DNA of 64,000 nt. It comes from Candidatus Poribacteria bacterium. GTDB taxonomy: Bacteria; Poribacteria; WGA-4E; WGA-3G. Positions 29,677 through 41,390 of the stretch are shown here, piece by piece (position 1 is the stretch's first letter; every line of letters starts with the position of its first letter). The stretch spans positions 4,544,001-4,608,000 of the forward strand of contig OZ243938.1 in the NCBI GenBank assembly GCA_965214095.1. The letters are read 5' to 3'. The notes below the pieces were generated by a model. The model saw only the letters and a list, made by a program, of their open reading frames with translations. It did no database searches and was not told the origin of the DNA. The position numbers were made by a program, and so were the translations under genes.

Positions 29677-30720
29677 ATGTCCAATTCGCTTACAGAATAT
29701 CGTTTTTCATTCGGTCCTTGGAATATACACGAGGGTGCTGACCCATTTGGACCACCTGTTCGGGACTCCTATAGTTTTGATGAAAAGGTAAGTTTTTACC
29801 GGGATCTCGGTTTTGTCGGTATTCAATTTCATGATGATGATGTCGTTCCTGACATTGATGGCAAAACGCATTCAGAATTAATCTCACGTACACGAAGCGT
29901 TAAAGCACAACTTGATGACCAAGGTTTGACAACAGAGGTAATAGCACCACGCCTATGGGAATCACCACAGACGATTGATGGAGCTTTCACTTCAAACTCA
30001 GCAGAAGAGAGACATTATGCGATTGAACGATCGAAACGTTGTATAGACATTGCCAACGTCCTTGAGTGCAAGAACTTTGTGTTGTGGCTTGCCCGGGAAG
30101 GCACTTATATCCGTGAAACAAAGCACTCTGCAAACGCGGTCGGACATATATTAGATGCCATTAATGTGCTACTTGACTATGACCCGGAGATACGTATTCT
30201 AATTGAACCAAAGCCGAATGAACCGATGGATATTGCTTATATTCCAACAATAGGACACGCTATCGGTTTATCATACTCAAGCACAGATCCTGAACGTGTT
30301 GGTGGATTAATAGAGAGCGCGCATGCTATACTTGCAGGGTTGGAACCATCAGATGAGATGGGGTATGCCCTTTTCCATAAGAAACTGTGGAGTGTGCATC
30401 TGAATGACCAGAACGGACTGAAGTTTGATCAGGATAAGGCGTTCGGTTCTGCCAATTTAAGACGTGCTTTTAATCAAGTGCGCGTCCTTGAAGAGAACGG
30501 ATACGGAAGAAATGGAGAATTTGTCGGCTTAGATGTTAAAGTGATGCGGACCCAACCGCGCGATATTTCAACGAAACATCTACTGAGTAGTCGGAGGACG
30601 TTTCTTAATTTGCTCGAAAAAGTGAGAACATTTGACAGAAAAGTAGAACAGGAGTTTATTGCAGCACGAGATTATGAAGGATTAGATTTTTATATTCTTG
30701 AGCATCTACTTGGAAAATAA
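29677..30720 (+). CDS. xylA: Xylose isomerase (short class I type)
   Basis: GADPFG, FHDDD, EPKPNEP, E.AH, HLNDQ...KFDQD. Confidence 0.85.
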   Translation: MSNSLTEYRFSFGPWNIHEGADPFGPPVRDSYSFDEKVSFYRDLGFVGIQFHDDDVVPDIDGKTHSELISRTRSVKAQLDDQGLTTEVIAPRLWESPQTIDGAFTSNSAEERHYAIERSKRCIDIANVLECKNFVLWLAREGTYIRETKHSANAVGHILDAINVLLDYDPEIRILIEPKPNEPMDIAYIPTIGHAIGLSYSSTDPERVGGLIESAHAILAGLEPSDEMGYALFHKKLWSVHLNDQNGLKFDQDKAFGSANLRRAFNQVRVLEENGYGRNGEFVGLDVKVMRTQPRDISTKHLLSSRRTFLNLLEKVRTFDRKVEQEFIAARDYEGLDFYILEHLLGK

Positions 30721-30813
30721 CATTGATGTGAAGGTCTATACTGTATTACAATTGATATTTGAGTTTAATCCAGATAGAGTTTGAAATTAAGGATAGTAGG
30801 GAAAACAAAAAGA

Positions 30814-31482
30814 ATGAGATCAGAGAAACCACCTATATGCAAGGAGAAGTTGGTCTTGCCAGAGTTAGAACACTCTTATAGGTCTGTAGTGTTAGTCGGT
30901 CCACCAGGTGTCGGTAAGGGGACTCAGGGAAAACTGTTGTCAAAAATCCCAGGCATATTTCACATTTCCAGTGGAGATATGTTCCGAGAACTTGATGAGG
31001 AGTCCGATTTAGGTCAGATATTTCATGATTATGCTTCACGTGGTAAGTTAGTGCCTGACGATATTACGGTGAAAACGTGGCAGAGATATGTGAAAAACAA
31101 AGTGAAGCAAAAGATCTATAATCCGGAAACGGACTTGCTTATTCTTGATGGTATCCCTCGGAACATAGAGCAAGTTGAATTATTATCTCCACACATTAAG
31201 GTACTTAAAGTGCTTTACATGGTATGTGAAGACCGCGAAGTGATGTTTGAACGTATTCGTGGACGTGCCATCAAAGAACATCGCAATGACGACTCAGATG
31301 AATTCGTCGTTCGGTATCGGTGGGATTATTATAAGCAGTTTACCGAACCGATTATTGACCACTATCCGCAAGAGTTGGTAAGAATTATTGATGCCGACAC
31401 AATCCCAGCAGATGTGCTGAATCAGATTTTAAGTGCCCTCGTTCCGATTCAGAAGGATTGCTTTTCTCCTCCGAATATTTAA
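30814..31482 (+). CDS. adk: Adenylate kinase family protein
   Basis: GPPGVGKGTQ, HISSGDMFR, G.LVPDD, LDGIPR. Confidence 0.88.
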   Translation: MRSEKPPICKEKLVLPELEHSYRSVVLVGPPGVGKGTQGKLLSKIPGIFHISSGDMFRELDEESDLGQIFHDYASRGKLVPDDITVKTWQRYVKNKVKQKIYNPETDLLILDGIPRNIEQVELLSPHIKVLKVLYMVCEDREVMFERIRGRAIKEHRNDDSDEFVVRYRWDYYKQFTEPIIDHYPQELVRIIDADTIPADVLNQILSALVPIQKDCFSPPNI

Positions 31483-31526
31483 TTCCACAATTGTTTTGTA
31501 ATATCTAATTTGCGGACAATACTCGT

Positions 31527-33131
31527 CTATTTAACCTGACGATATATTCGTATCTCAGGATGTATCAGTGCACGCATGGGAAATGGTGTGTCATTATCAG
31601 ATATTGTTATACCTAAGAACTGTGGCACTCGTTGGAAGGTCTTCTGTAATTCATAACGGCTACTCTCCCCTAAAATCTTATCATAATATTGTAGAGTCTC
31701 TTCAATACCTACCCCTTTTAGTGGATACCAGTCTATTTCTTCATACGCTATTGGCTTCTGTTCATATTTTTGGAATACTTCCATGTTTGGATAAATAACT
31801 AAAGCCCATTCAGCATCTTCGTCTGTTAGTTCTATATCAAATTCAGGTACGAGCCAATCAAATAGTATCTCTGGTGCATGTGAAACTGAACTTTCGTGTG
31901 AGATGTTTTCGGATGCCCACGCTGATGCTTCTTGTCCTGTAGGTTGCGACATCATTACTGAAGCAAAAGCAACAGTATAGACGAATGAATATAACCATAT
32001 AACTCCACCAATGAGCACACTAATCCGTTTGTCAACTGCTATAAGAAGTGCAGCTGCAAGGATGGTAAGTACTGGATATAGAATCAACAGATGACGTATG
32101 AAGGAGACCTTAAACGTTCCAATAAAGAGTAGATACGGAACTACAAAAGCAAGGATAAAGAATCCTGTGCGAATTTTTTCGTTTGATTTTGACAGTTCTT
32201 TGTAAGAAAGTATCAACTTTACTATAGCAAACACTATAGCAATAGATATAAGTAATGCAAGTGGTAAACCCACACCCCACTTCAAGAGTGTCCACAAATA
32301 TAGAAATCGATCTATCCATCCTGTATCACCCGTTGCGAACAATCCGAAATGTCCGCTATGATAGTGTTTGGATTCATACCAAAAGTCTTCAAAGAAATGA
32401 TTCCATTCGGACGACAGTATGTCAATCAACCAATACGGACAAACAACCGTAAATGTCAAGGCACAAACAGCGATTATTGCGACAAACTTCCGATAAAAGT
32501 GTTCTGTCCGAATAAAAATGACAAGAGATAGAAGGACAAAGACAGTTGGGAACTTCACAGCGATACATATCCCACTCACAATCCCAAGCCATATACAGGT
32601 TCGGAAAGTCAGACCAGAATCTCTGGCAGCGAACCACAGGAACAGTGTCACACAGAAAGTGGCTGGAATGTCAACAAGTGCAAAACGGGATTCATTCGTC
32701 GCGTGCAACATAGCCACCGTCAAGAAAGCCGCAGCAATCTGACCGACCCGTTTATTATAACACCTTGTACTGAGACAATATGTTAGCCAGATAGTGCTGG
32801 TGGATAGAACAACATTGATGAACCGTGCTAACCAAATCACACGTGTTTCTGTTATATCCAATCCGAAGATTGAAAGCACTTTCCCAACGAATGTAATCAG
32901 ATAGAACCATGCAGTTCCGGGCCAATTATATATTTCTGGAGGCGCGGAGAAATTGATAAGATTTATGATGTCTTCTGCAATCAGGACTTCACGTGGATCG
33001 GGGGTATCGGGTAGCCCCACACCTATTCCAAGAACGCGTATTACAAAACCGACAACAAGAATAGTAGGCATCAAGAGAATAGATAGGTAGGATGTGTAAT
33101 TCCTTAGCAGGTTAGGCGTTTTTATATTCAT
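31527..33131 (-). CDS. GT-C glycosyltransferase (family 39/ArnT-like)
   Basis: Multi-TM; GLPD..DPRE loop, AR..NV, SRFALVD, K.P motifs. Confidence 0.8.
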   Translation of the reverse strand: MNIKTPNLLRNYTSYLSILLMPTILVVGFVIRVLGIGVGLPDTPDPREVLIAEDIINLINFSAPPEIYNWPGTAWFYLITFVGKVLSIFGLDITETRVIWLARFINVVLSTSTIWLTYCLSTRCYNKRVGQIAAAFLTVAMLHATNESRFALVDIPATFCVTLFLWFAARDSGLTFRTCIWLGIVSGICIAVKFPTVFVLLSLVIFIRTEHFYRKFVAIIAVCALTFTVVCPYWLIDILSSEWNHFFEDFWYESKHYHSGHFGLFATGDTGWIDRFLYLWTLLKWGVGLPLALLISIAIVFAIVKLILSYKELSKSNEKIRTGFFILAFVVPYLLFIGTFKVSFIRHLLILYPVLTILAAALLIAVDKRISVLIGGVIWLYSFVYTVAFASVMMSQPTGQEASAWASENISHESSVSHAPEILFDWLVPEFDIELTDEDAEWALVIYPNMEVFQKYEQKPIAYEEIDWYPLKGVGIEETLQYYDKILGESSRYELQKTFQRVPQFLGITISDNDTPFPMRALIHPEIRIYRQVK

Positions 33132-33133
33132 CG

Positions 33134-33730
33134 CTAACGCGAGACTTTTGCCCACAATTCAATTGGCAACAGTTCTTGGACTTGTGAAATTTGATCAGTA
33201 ATATGTGGGAGTTTAAGTGTTTTAAAGATGCCTTGCCATCGTTGTGTTTGAGTTTCGTCTACATAGACAGGTATAAATCCTAAATTGAGATAAGTCTTGA
33301 TTGCGGGGAGACGAAAATCGTCTGTATCAAGCATAGAACAAGTAAACCCATTCTCTTTAAAATAGAATAGGACAGCAAGCGATGCCCATTTACCGAGTTT
33401 TATCCGTGTGTGTGCACCTACAACACCAACCATGTGGACGTATCCAACATCTGTTTCATCAACAGACTGTCTCCATGCACAGGCAGTGGCGATAGGTATA
33501 TCTTGGTGTGTAATAAAATAGAGTCCATCAGGAGCAAATACGTCACGATTGGTAATTTCGTTTTGTGTGTCTTGTGCCGTTCGTGGTCTACCACCGAATG
33601 AATCACTAATGATGTTTGCCCAATGTATCTCATCCCCTTCTCGGTAAGTTCGCAGATGGTATCCTGAGGGTAGTTCTAATTTCGGTAAATCATTGAGGTC
33701 GGGTCTGACCATTCTGAGCTGTCGTGCCAT
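33134..33730 (-). CDS. GNAT family N-acetyltransferase
   Basis: HMVGV..AH...KLG, L.TDDFRLPAIKTYLNLGF. Confidence 0.85.
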   Translation of the reverse strand: MARQLRMVRPDLNDLPKLELPSGYHLRTYREGDEIHWANIISDSFGGRPRTAQDTQNEITNRDVFAPDGLYFITHQDIPIATACAWRQSVDETDVGYVHMVGVVGAHTRIKLGKWASLAVLFYFKENGFTCSMLDTDDFRLPAIKTYLNLGFIPVYVDETQTQRWQGIFKTLKLPHITDQISQVQELLPIELWAKVSR

Positions 33731-33790
33731 CTTCTAATACCATTTGATATTGTCATAATTGCAGTTGTTTGAGTTGTCTTAACTTTCTTC

Positions 33791-33819
33791 AGTATATTAG
33801 ATAGCAGAATTAGTGTCAA
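33791..33819 (-). promoter_or_regulatory. Putative sigma70 promoter of the GNAT gene
   Basis: TTGACA-N17-TATACT on the minus strand. Confidence 0.65.
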
Positions 33820-33850
33820 GTGAATAGGACTAAATACATATCATAAAGTC

Positions 33851-33879
33851 TTGACATTTTCACTGAAACTTGATATACT
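33851..33879 (+). promoter_or_regulatory. Putative sigma70 promoter firing into the orphan omegaRNA locus
   Basis: TTGACA-N17-TATACT; the next plus-strand gene (guaB) is ~1.9 kb away and has its own promoter. Confidence 0.65.
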
Positions 33880-33885
33880 CTTTTT

Positions 33886-34199
33886 TGCAGTCGGCATTGG
33901 TTCTGATTGATGCGGTGGTAGACCGCTTGGCAGTGAAACAATTAGGTCCAAGTCTTGCAATTCAATACTGCTAAAGTTTTCAAAAACATCTATTGCACGT
34001 TTAGGGTAGACGCATTGAAAAACGCTCACCCGTTTGAAAATCACGTGTCAAAAACAAATAGTTGCCTTCGGGCAAGTGGTTGGCTTAGCAACCACTGTGG
34101 TGACGGATTAAGACGTAGCTCTGATCAGCACTGTCTGTGAAGCACTAGTCCCAACCTTTAGGTTGTGGGTCACTATGACCTCAATATTCATATTATTTT
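33886..34199 (+). ncRNA. Stand-alone TnpB omegaRNA-like RNA on a decayed IS605 remnant
   Basis: 31-nt identity 34150-34180 vs 11425-11455; hairpin with the same GCTTAG loop but a different stem; cUUCGg hairpin 34062-34075; no tnpB ORF. Confidence 0.6.
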
Positions 34200-34277
34200 G
34201 TAGGTCGGGTAGAAGCGATAGCGAAACCCGACTTTTTATAGTGTCATGTCGGGTTTCGTAAACTCTACCCGACCTAC
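34200..34277. repeat. Inverted pair of GTAG REP elements (REPIN-like)
   Basis: GTAGGTCGGGTAGA...CGAAACCCGAC / GTCGGGTTTCG...TCTACCCGACCTAC. Confidence 0.8.
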
Positions 34278-34312
34278 AATCTATTATGACGGTTTTTTAA
34301 TTAGATATGGTA

Positions 34313-35359
34313 TTATACTGCAAGTTCAGACAACTTGATCGACTGTCCTCCAGTTTCTGCTGACCTATCAGCGGCAAAAACGACGCGGTGTGTTTCAAAT
34401 GCCGTATCAAAATCTGTCAACGGCATCGGTTCGTTTCGTCCGATGCTATCTATGAATGCTTGGAACTGCGGTTCATACGGGTGATCACTCACATCACCGG
34501 AGTCAATGAGTGATGTTTCAAGTGTGCTCCACTTACTTTTGTCCATTCCTTTTAGTTTTGCTGAATAGATTCGGTTATCAAGCAAACTTCCTTCACTTCC
34601 AACAAGGTGAATGTGGAAATAATATGGTTGCAGGCAATCTACACAAGAGGTAACTTTACCGATTTTCTGTCCTCCCTCAAACTTTAGCAGACTGACACTG
34701 GTAGTTTTGTATTCGTAAGGTTGAAATGCTTCACCTATGGATTTTGTATGATAACTGGTTACTTCTTCAACATTGCCATCCATAAAGAAGAGTAGTGCAT
34801 CAAGTGCATGACACCCCGCAGTGAGCAATGTACTTCCGCCGAAGTCCTTTTTGATATTCCATTCATATTGTCCATACCAAGGTCCAATGCCGTGGTAGTA
34901 ATCCACCTCTGCGTAATGTAGTTCTCCGAGTAGACCATTGTCAATTACGGAACGGATCATTGTGAAATGTGCACTATAACGGCACTCAAAACAGACACAT
35001 ACATTGACCCCTGTTGATTTTATAGCATCACGGATTGCCAAAGCATCTTGATATGTGAGACATATCGGTTTTTCAATGATAAGGTGTTTTCCTGCTTTTG
35101 CAGCAGCGATTGCCTGTTCAGCATGAAAAGGATGCGGTGTGCAAATATCAATTATGTGTATGTCAGGATCGGCAATCATCTTATCATAATCGGTATATGC
35201 TTTTAGCGGTGTGCCATAGGTTTCAGTTAATACAGATTCATCATGTTCGCGTCGTGAACAGATAGCGGTAACATCTGCCCCATCAACCGCTTTGAATGCT
35301 TCAATATGTGCACCTGCGACCCAACCAAGTCCAACAATTCCAACGTTTAGGTTTCCCAT
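34313..35359 (-). CDS. Gfo/Idh/MocA family oxidoreductase
   Basis: [34 protein letters not shown]. Confidence 0.92.
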   Translation of the reverse strand: MGNLNVGIVGLGWVAGAHIEAFKAVDGADVTAICSRREHDESVLTETYGTPLKAYTDYDKMIADPDIHIIDICTPHPFHAEQAIAAAKAGKHLIIEKPICLTYQDALAIRDAIKSTGVNVCVCFECRYSAHFTMIRSVIDNGLLGELHYAEVDYYHGIGPWYGQYEWNIKKDFGGSTLLTAGCHALDALLFFMDGNVEEVTSYHTKSIGEAFQPYEYKTTSVSLLKFEGGQKIGKVTSCVDCLQPYYFHIHLVGSEGSLLDNRIYSAKLKGMDKSKWSTLETSLIDSGDVSDHPYEPQFQAFIDSIGRNEPMPLTDFDTAFETHRVVFAADRSAETGGQSIKLSELAV

Positions 35360-35630
35360 TACTAACTCCTTAAATTGTTTTTACGATATTTTAGCACAGT
35401 TGCAATTGTTTTGGAAAAGATACTGTAGAATCACAGGTTTTTTTCGGATGACGCGGATAAACGTTTGGTATTTTTGAGTTCCGTTTTTAAGAAAGACGGT
35501 TAGCATATGTGAATGGTAAATTGATGGGTTAAAACCTTGTCCGTGCATTCCGTGTAATCCGTTTTAATTTGAGATTCAGAAAACACGGAAGTTCTACAGT
35601 TGAATTTCTCCGATTCATGTTCAAATTATT

Positions 35631-35659
35631 TTGACATAAAAACGATAATATGCTATAAT
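35631..35659 (+). promoter_or_regulatory. Consensus sigma70 promoter of guaB
   Basis: TTGACA-N17-TATAAT with extended -10 TG. Confidence 0.75.
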
Positions 35660-35732
35660 TTAAAATAGTTGGCAAGCATTTTTTAGAAAAAGAATAGCGA
35701 ACCATTCTCACCCACCATAATCTATTAAATAG

Positions 35733-37250
<1,518 letters not shown>

Positions 37251-37285
37251 GATTATACTGAATTCTTCAGAAAGGAATATCGTTT

Positions 37286-37834
37286 ATGAAAGTTAACGAA
37301 GAGATGTCATTTTGGGATAGACTCTATATCCCAGCATTGCTTAAGGGGATGTTCACAACGTTAAAGCACATCCCGAAGAAGAAACTAACCGTCCAATATC
37401 CTGAAGATCCGCGAAGCGTCAATGAACGTAATGATCGCTATCGGGGTATCCACAAATTAACCACTACAGAAAAAGATGAAATCAAGTGTGTGGCATGTTT
37501 TTTATGTGCGACTGCGTGTCCAGCTGATTGCATTACAATACAGGCAGCACCTGCCCCAGAAGGTTGGACAACCAAAGAAGGTTACCAACGTGAAAAATAT
37601 CCTGATGTGTTTGAAATCAATATGCTCCGATGCATATTCTGCGGTTATTGTGTAGAGGCATGCCCAGAAGACGCTATACGTATGACAGGACTGACGTTAC
37701 CACAATACTTCAGAGAGCAACAAACTGAAGGTGAGAAACTTGGTGGTAAACGTAGTGATTTCATATTTGATCGTGATATGTTAGTCGCAAACAATGACAT
37801 TGCTCAGGAAGGATTAAGTGTTGACGCAAAGTAG
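37286..37834 (+). CDS. nuoI: NADH-quinone oxidoreductase subunit I
   Basis: TVQYPE, RYRG.H.L, CVACFLCATACP, RCIFCGYCVEACP. Confidence 0.92.
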   Translation: MKVNEEMSFWDRLYIPALLKGMFTTLKHIPKKKLTVQYPEDPRSVNERNDRYRGIHKLTTTEKDEIKCVACFLCATACPADCITIQAAPAPEGWTTKEGYQREKYPDVFEINMLRCIFCGYCVEACPEDAIRMTGLTLPQYFREQQTEGEKLGGKRSDFIFDRDMLVANNDIAQEGLSVDAK

Positions 37835-37930
37835 CATATAAGATCGTATTCTGATAACGTGCTACAATCGCGCTTGTAATTTGGGTAATACTGTTGTATA
37901 ATATTATAAAGTTTAGTCTGTTAACTTAAT

Positions 37931-38509
37931 ATGAATTCGCACCCGCCATTCCCGAAGAAAAAATATCAAATACTCTACGCAGATCCACCCTGGGACTACA
38001 AAGGTCAACTGCAACACACAGGTTCAGGTGGAAAAGATAGTGGTGGAGCCATACGTCATTATCCGACCCTTTCTGTTGATGAAATGGCTAATTGGAATAT
38101 TGCATCCATTACTTCAGATAACTGCCTGCTTTTCATGTGGAGTACATCACCGCATCTCGACCAAGCCATACGGTTAGGTAAAGCCTGGGGATTTCGTTGG
38201 GCTACAGTTGCATTTGTATGGGATAAATGCCGCGTAAACCCTGGATTCTATACAATGAGCCAATGTGAATTGTGTCTTGTATTCAAACATGGAACAATTC
38301 CTCAACCGAGAGGGTTGCGTAATATTAGACAACTTGTGCAATCACAACGTAACCAACATTCAGAAAAACCTGATGAGGTACGCAAAAGGATTGATGAGAT
38401 GTTTCCTCAACAGAATAAACTTGAACTTTTTGCACGTAAGAAAGTTAAAGGTTGGGATGTGTGGGGACTTGAAATTGAGAACGAATTGAATATGAAAAAT
38501 ATCACCTGA
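37931..38509 (+). CDS. MT-A70 family adenine methyltransferase
   Basis: ILYADPPW, LLFMW, WGF, FVWDK, HSEKP, KLELFAR, GWDVWG. Confidence 0.9.
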   Translation: MNSHPPFPKKKYQILYADPPWDYKGQLQHTGSGGKDSGGAIRHYPTLSVDEMANWNIASITSDNCLLFMWSTSPHLDQAIRLGKAWGFRWATVAFVWDKCRVNPGFYTMSQCELCLVFKHGTIPQPRGLRNIRQLVQSQRNQHSEKPDEVRKRIDEMFPQQNKLELFARKKVKGWDVWGLEIENELNMKNIT

Positions 38510-38622
38510 AGTTTTCTCAGCAGAGACGAACTTCAGATAGTTTGTAAATTCTAATCTGCGAAGTAACTACATAGTATTTCGTATGATTAAAGCTGATGTG
38601 GAGGGCATGTTTAATTGACGCA

Positions 38623-41379
38623 ATGAATGATATATCACTTGATTTAAACGCTGACTCACTCTTTACATTAACCGATAAAATCAAAGCTGGTCTGGAAGGA
38701 CGAATAAGTTGGGGTGATACTTTTGGATTAGCACTCGGCAGTAAGAACAAACAACATTTGATCATTTGGACACCGAAGGTGACATCCGAAAACGCAATTC
38801 TGCCCGGGTTTGATTCAAAAGACGGTAATCTAACTCTAAAAATAAAATATCGTCCAGGGGCATGGATATCCTGGATTGATGAGGAAAAGGTACAAGCCGA
38901 TGCAATTGACGATTATGACCGCGTTCACAAGAGTGTTCAGGAGTTAGAACGTAATACACGGCAAATCACTGATTTTGCTGATGGTGTTATTACTAATATC
39001 ACTGTTCAACACTTGGGAAAATCGTTGGCTCTTACCGAACTGACAGAAGAAGTCTTACAAGTACGTTTGTCATTACCTAACAATATTAAAACAGGAGGGT
39101 ACATACTTTCAAAGTCAGGAAATATTGATAGGAATACAGCAAAGGTTATAATTCCTGAACAGACACACATTAATAGAGTGCATCTCAACGAAGATGAAGT
39201 GGTTAGAGAAATTGAGAAAGAAGGATACGATACTGCTTTGGTTGTCATACGTACGCTCAATAAACAGTATCCAGATCTCCTTGATTTAGAATACACTTTA
39301 GCTTTACATTCACGATTTGTTGAAGAATCAGAAGATGAATCGGATAGCCAAGTGAGAATTCTTCCTACTGCAGCAGTTCTCAATTCACTTGAACCCAACG
39401 CCATCAAGTTGCGACCAATTGAATTCAAGGCATCAAAAAAAGAAATTGAAGACGCAATTGCTAAGTGTACAGAAACAATCGATAATTATATGGTCAAAGC
39501 AAATCCCCATGCATATCAATTGATAATGCAATATCAACAAGGGGTTGAGACTCGACTGAAAGCTCTCATGCTGAATCGAGGTCAACAAATTCATAATAAA
39601 GTTTGGGATGACCTCGTTACTCGTGAATTGTCGAATACATTGAATACGTTTTGTGATTTCTTTGCAGAATATCTGGATGAACATTTTGTGGAAGATGCTT
39701 CAAGAGAGACATCGCAATTTCTTAGAGACAAAATCGAACCGATAATAGAGTTTTGGCAGCTACAAGAGAATGAACAACTGACCTTTAACCAGATGATTCA
39801 GTCAACTTATACCCTAACGAATCAGGTTGTTGAACATGCCAACGCACTATTCCATGATCTTGTTTTTGAAACAGAGCTTATCGCTTCCGGGCTTATTAAT
39901 TCGGTTGATTTAAAGGTATATTCCAATGATGTATTACAAGAAATAATACCTTTGCCAGAATGGACATCAGGAACTGTACGTGAAAAAATGACACGTTTAG
40001 TTTTACGGTCAAACTTCTATCCACAGCAAATTGAAAGGCTGCGAAGTTTCATGTTAAATCTTCTTGAGATAGCAAACTTTGCATATCGGCACAACCAGGA
40101 GTTTGAGCAAGTTATTGAACCGATTGAGTCTATACTATTGTCATCTAAATCTTCATCTAACCAGCGTAATAACCACTCAACACGCCAAAAAACGAAATTC
40201 CCTGGATTTGAAATTAGTGATGCAGAACTTGAGGGTATTGTTGGTCAGATTGAAAACTATGATGCCATTATTGAAATGTGGATTGAGAATGTACCTACTG
40301 AAACTGAAAAACTGAGTGTATATTATGCGACTTTGTGGAGTTTAATCCTTAATGGAAAAACACGTGAGAAATTATTATCGGCATTTAAGCCTACATGCGA
40401 CATCAATATCAGTGTGCCTGAACAGACAAAACGTCTGATGAATCTTACCTTAAATAGCCAATTGGTCGTAGGAAATGAAAAGGATCGCAAGAATCTGGAA
40501 CGTAACTTGAATAAAGTTGTTATGTCAAAAACTGGACATAACTTACAGGATATTACGACTACAGAGAAACTTGCAATCCATGGCGACGTTACGCTTTCAC
40601 TTCTACGAGAAGAATTGGTACGATATGATGAGACTCTTGCGAAGCGTGCGAGCCGGTTTACGAGTCCACAACGAAAGGACAAAAAACGGAATGCAGTTAA
40701 TTCCAAAAACAACGGGCAAGTAACCTTTGAAACGATTCAGGCAGAACAGAAAAAAGTTGCTGATATGATCTCGTTCTTGAAACCTTATAGTGAATCAGAT
40801 GTCATCAGTAAACTGGCAAATGCTGGACTCAAAAGAAATGGTTCTGAAATTGAAGATTTTCGAAAACAACAAGTCCTAAGTTTCGATCTTAATGATCTCC
40901 CTACTATCGGTGATACTTGGCTAACAGAAGTCAAGACTTTGGATGATTATCCAAATCTGCGGGTATTTCTTTTACAGAATAAACTGCCAATTTCCACAAC
41001 TGGTCGGATATTAATGGAACTTCGTAAAATACTAACCGATGATCTCTTCAATCAAGTTTTAGGATTAATTCAAGAGGTGAAAGAACTGCAGCAAAGTAGT
41101 TATCAAGGTGAAGTATTAGATAAATTTACATCTTATATATCTGAAAAAGTGTGGCGTTGGGAATTAACTCAGATTACCACTGAGGAACTACCCATTGTCG
41201 TAAAGGAAAAGGTGTTAACTTCTGCTGTATGCTATGAAAAAGAGGTAGAAAACTTGATGGAATATGTTGACCGATATGACGAATTACTTGAGACTAAACT
41301 TGTTGCAGAATCGGAGATGGATGTGCAACGTGAAAATCTTGAATCTCGGTTTCAAGAGATTGTTGATACACTTTTATAG
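38623..41379 (+). CDS. Large hypothetical protein
   Basis: 918-aa ORF, apparently mostly helical, no recognised motif. Confidence 0.8.
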   Translation: MNDISLDLNADSLFTLTDKIKAGLEGRISWGDTFGLALGSKNKQHLIIWTPKVTSENAILPGFDSKDGNLTLKIKYRPGAWISWIDEEKVQADAIDDYDRVHKSVQELERNTRQITDFADGVITNITVQHLGKSLALTELTEEVLQVRLSLPNNIKTGGYILSKSGNIDRNTAKVIIPEQTHINRVHLNEDEVVREIEKEGYDTALVVIRTLNKQYPDLLDLEYTLALHSRFVEESEDESDSQVRILPTAAVLNSLEPNAIKLRPIEFKASKKEIEDAIAKCTETIDNYMVKANPHAYQLIMQYQQGVETRLKALMLNRGQQIHNKVWDDLVTRELSNTLNTFCDFFAEYLDEHFVEDASRETSQFLRDKIEPIIEFWQLQENEQLTFNQMIQSTYTLTNQVVEHANALFHDLVFETELIASGLINSVDLKVYSNDVLQEIIPLPEWTSGTVREKMTRLVLRSNFYPQQIERLRSFMLNLLEIANFAYRHNQEFEQVIEPIESILLSSKSSSNQRNNHSTRQKTKFPGFEISDAELEGIVGQIENYDAIIEMWIENVPTETEKLSVYYATLWSLILNGKTREKLLSAFKPTCDINISVPEQTKRLMNLTLNSQLVVGNEKDRKNLERNLNKVVMSKTGHNLQDITTTEKLAIHGDVTLSLLREELVRYDETLAKRASRFTSPQRKDKKRNAVNSKNNGQVTFETIQAEQKKVADMISFLKPYSESDVISKLANAGLKRNGSEIEDFRKQQVLSFDLNDLPTIGDTWLTEVKTLDDYPNLRVFLLQNKLPISTTGRILMELRKILTDDLFNQVLGLIQEVKELQQSSYQGEVLDKFTSYISEKVWRWELTQITTEELPIVVKEKVLTSAVCYEKEVENLMEYVDRYDELLETKLVAESEMDVQRENLESRFQEIVDTLL

Positions 41380-41390
41380 GAACATGCAGT

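Noticed and set aside
33886-34180. tmRNA, RNase P, SRP or riboswitch
   Set aside because: No tRNA-like ends, tag peptide or known consensus; similarity to the tnpB right end explains it.
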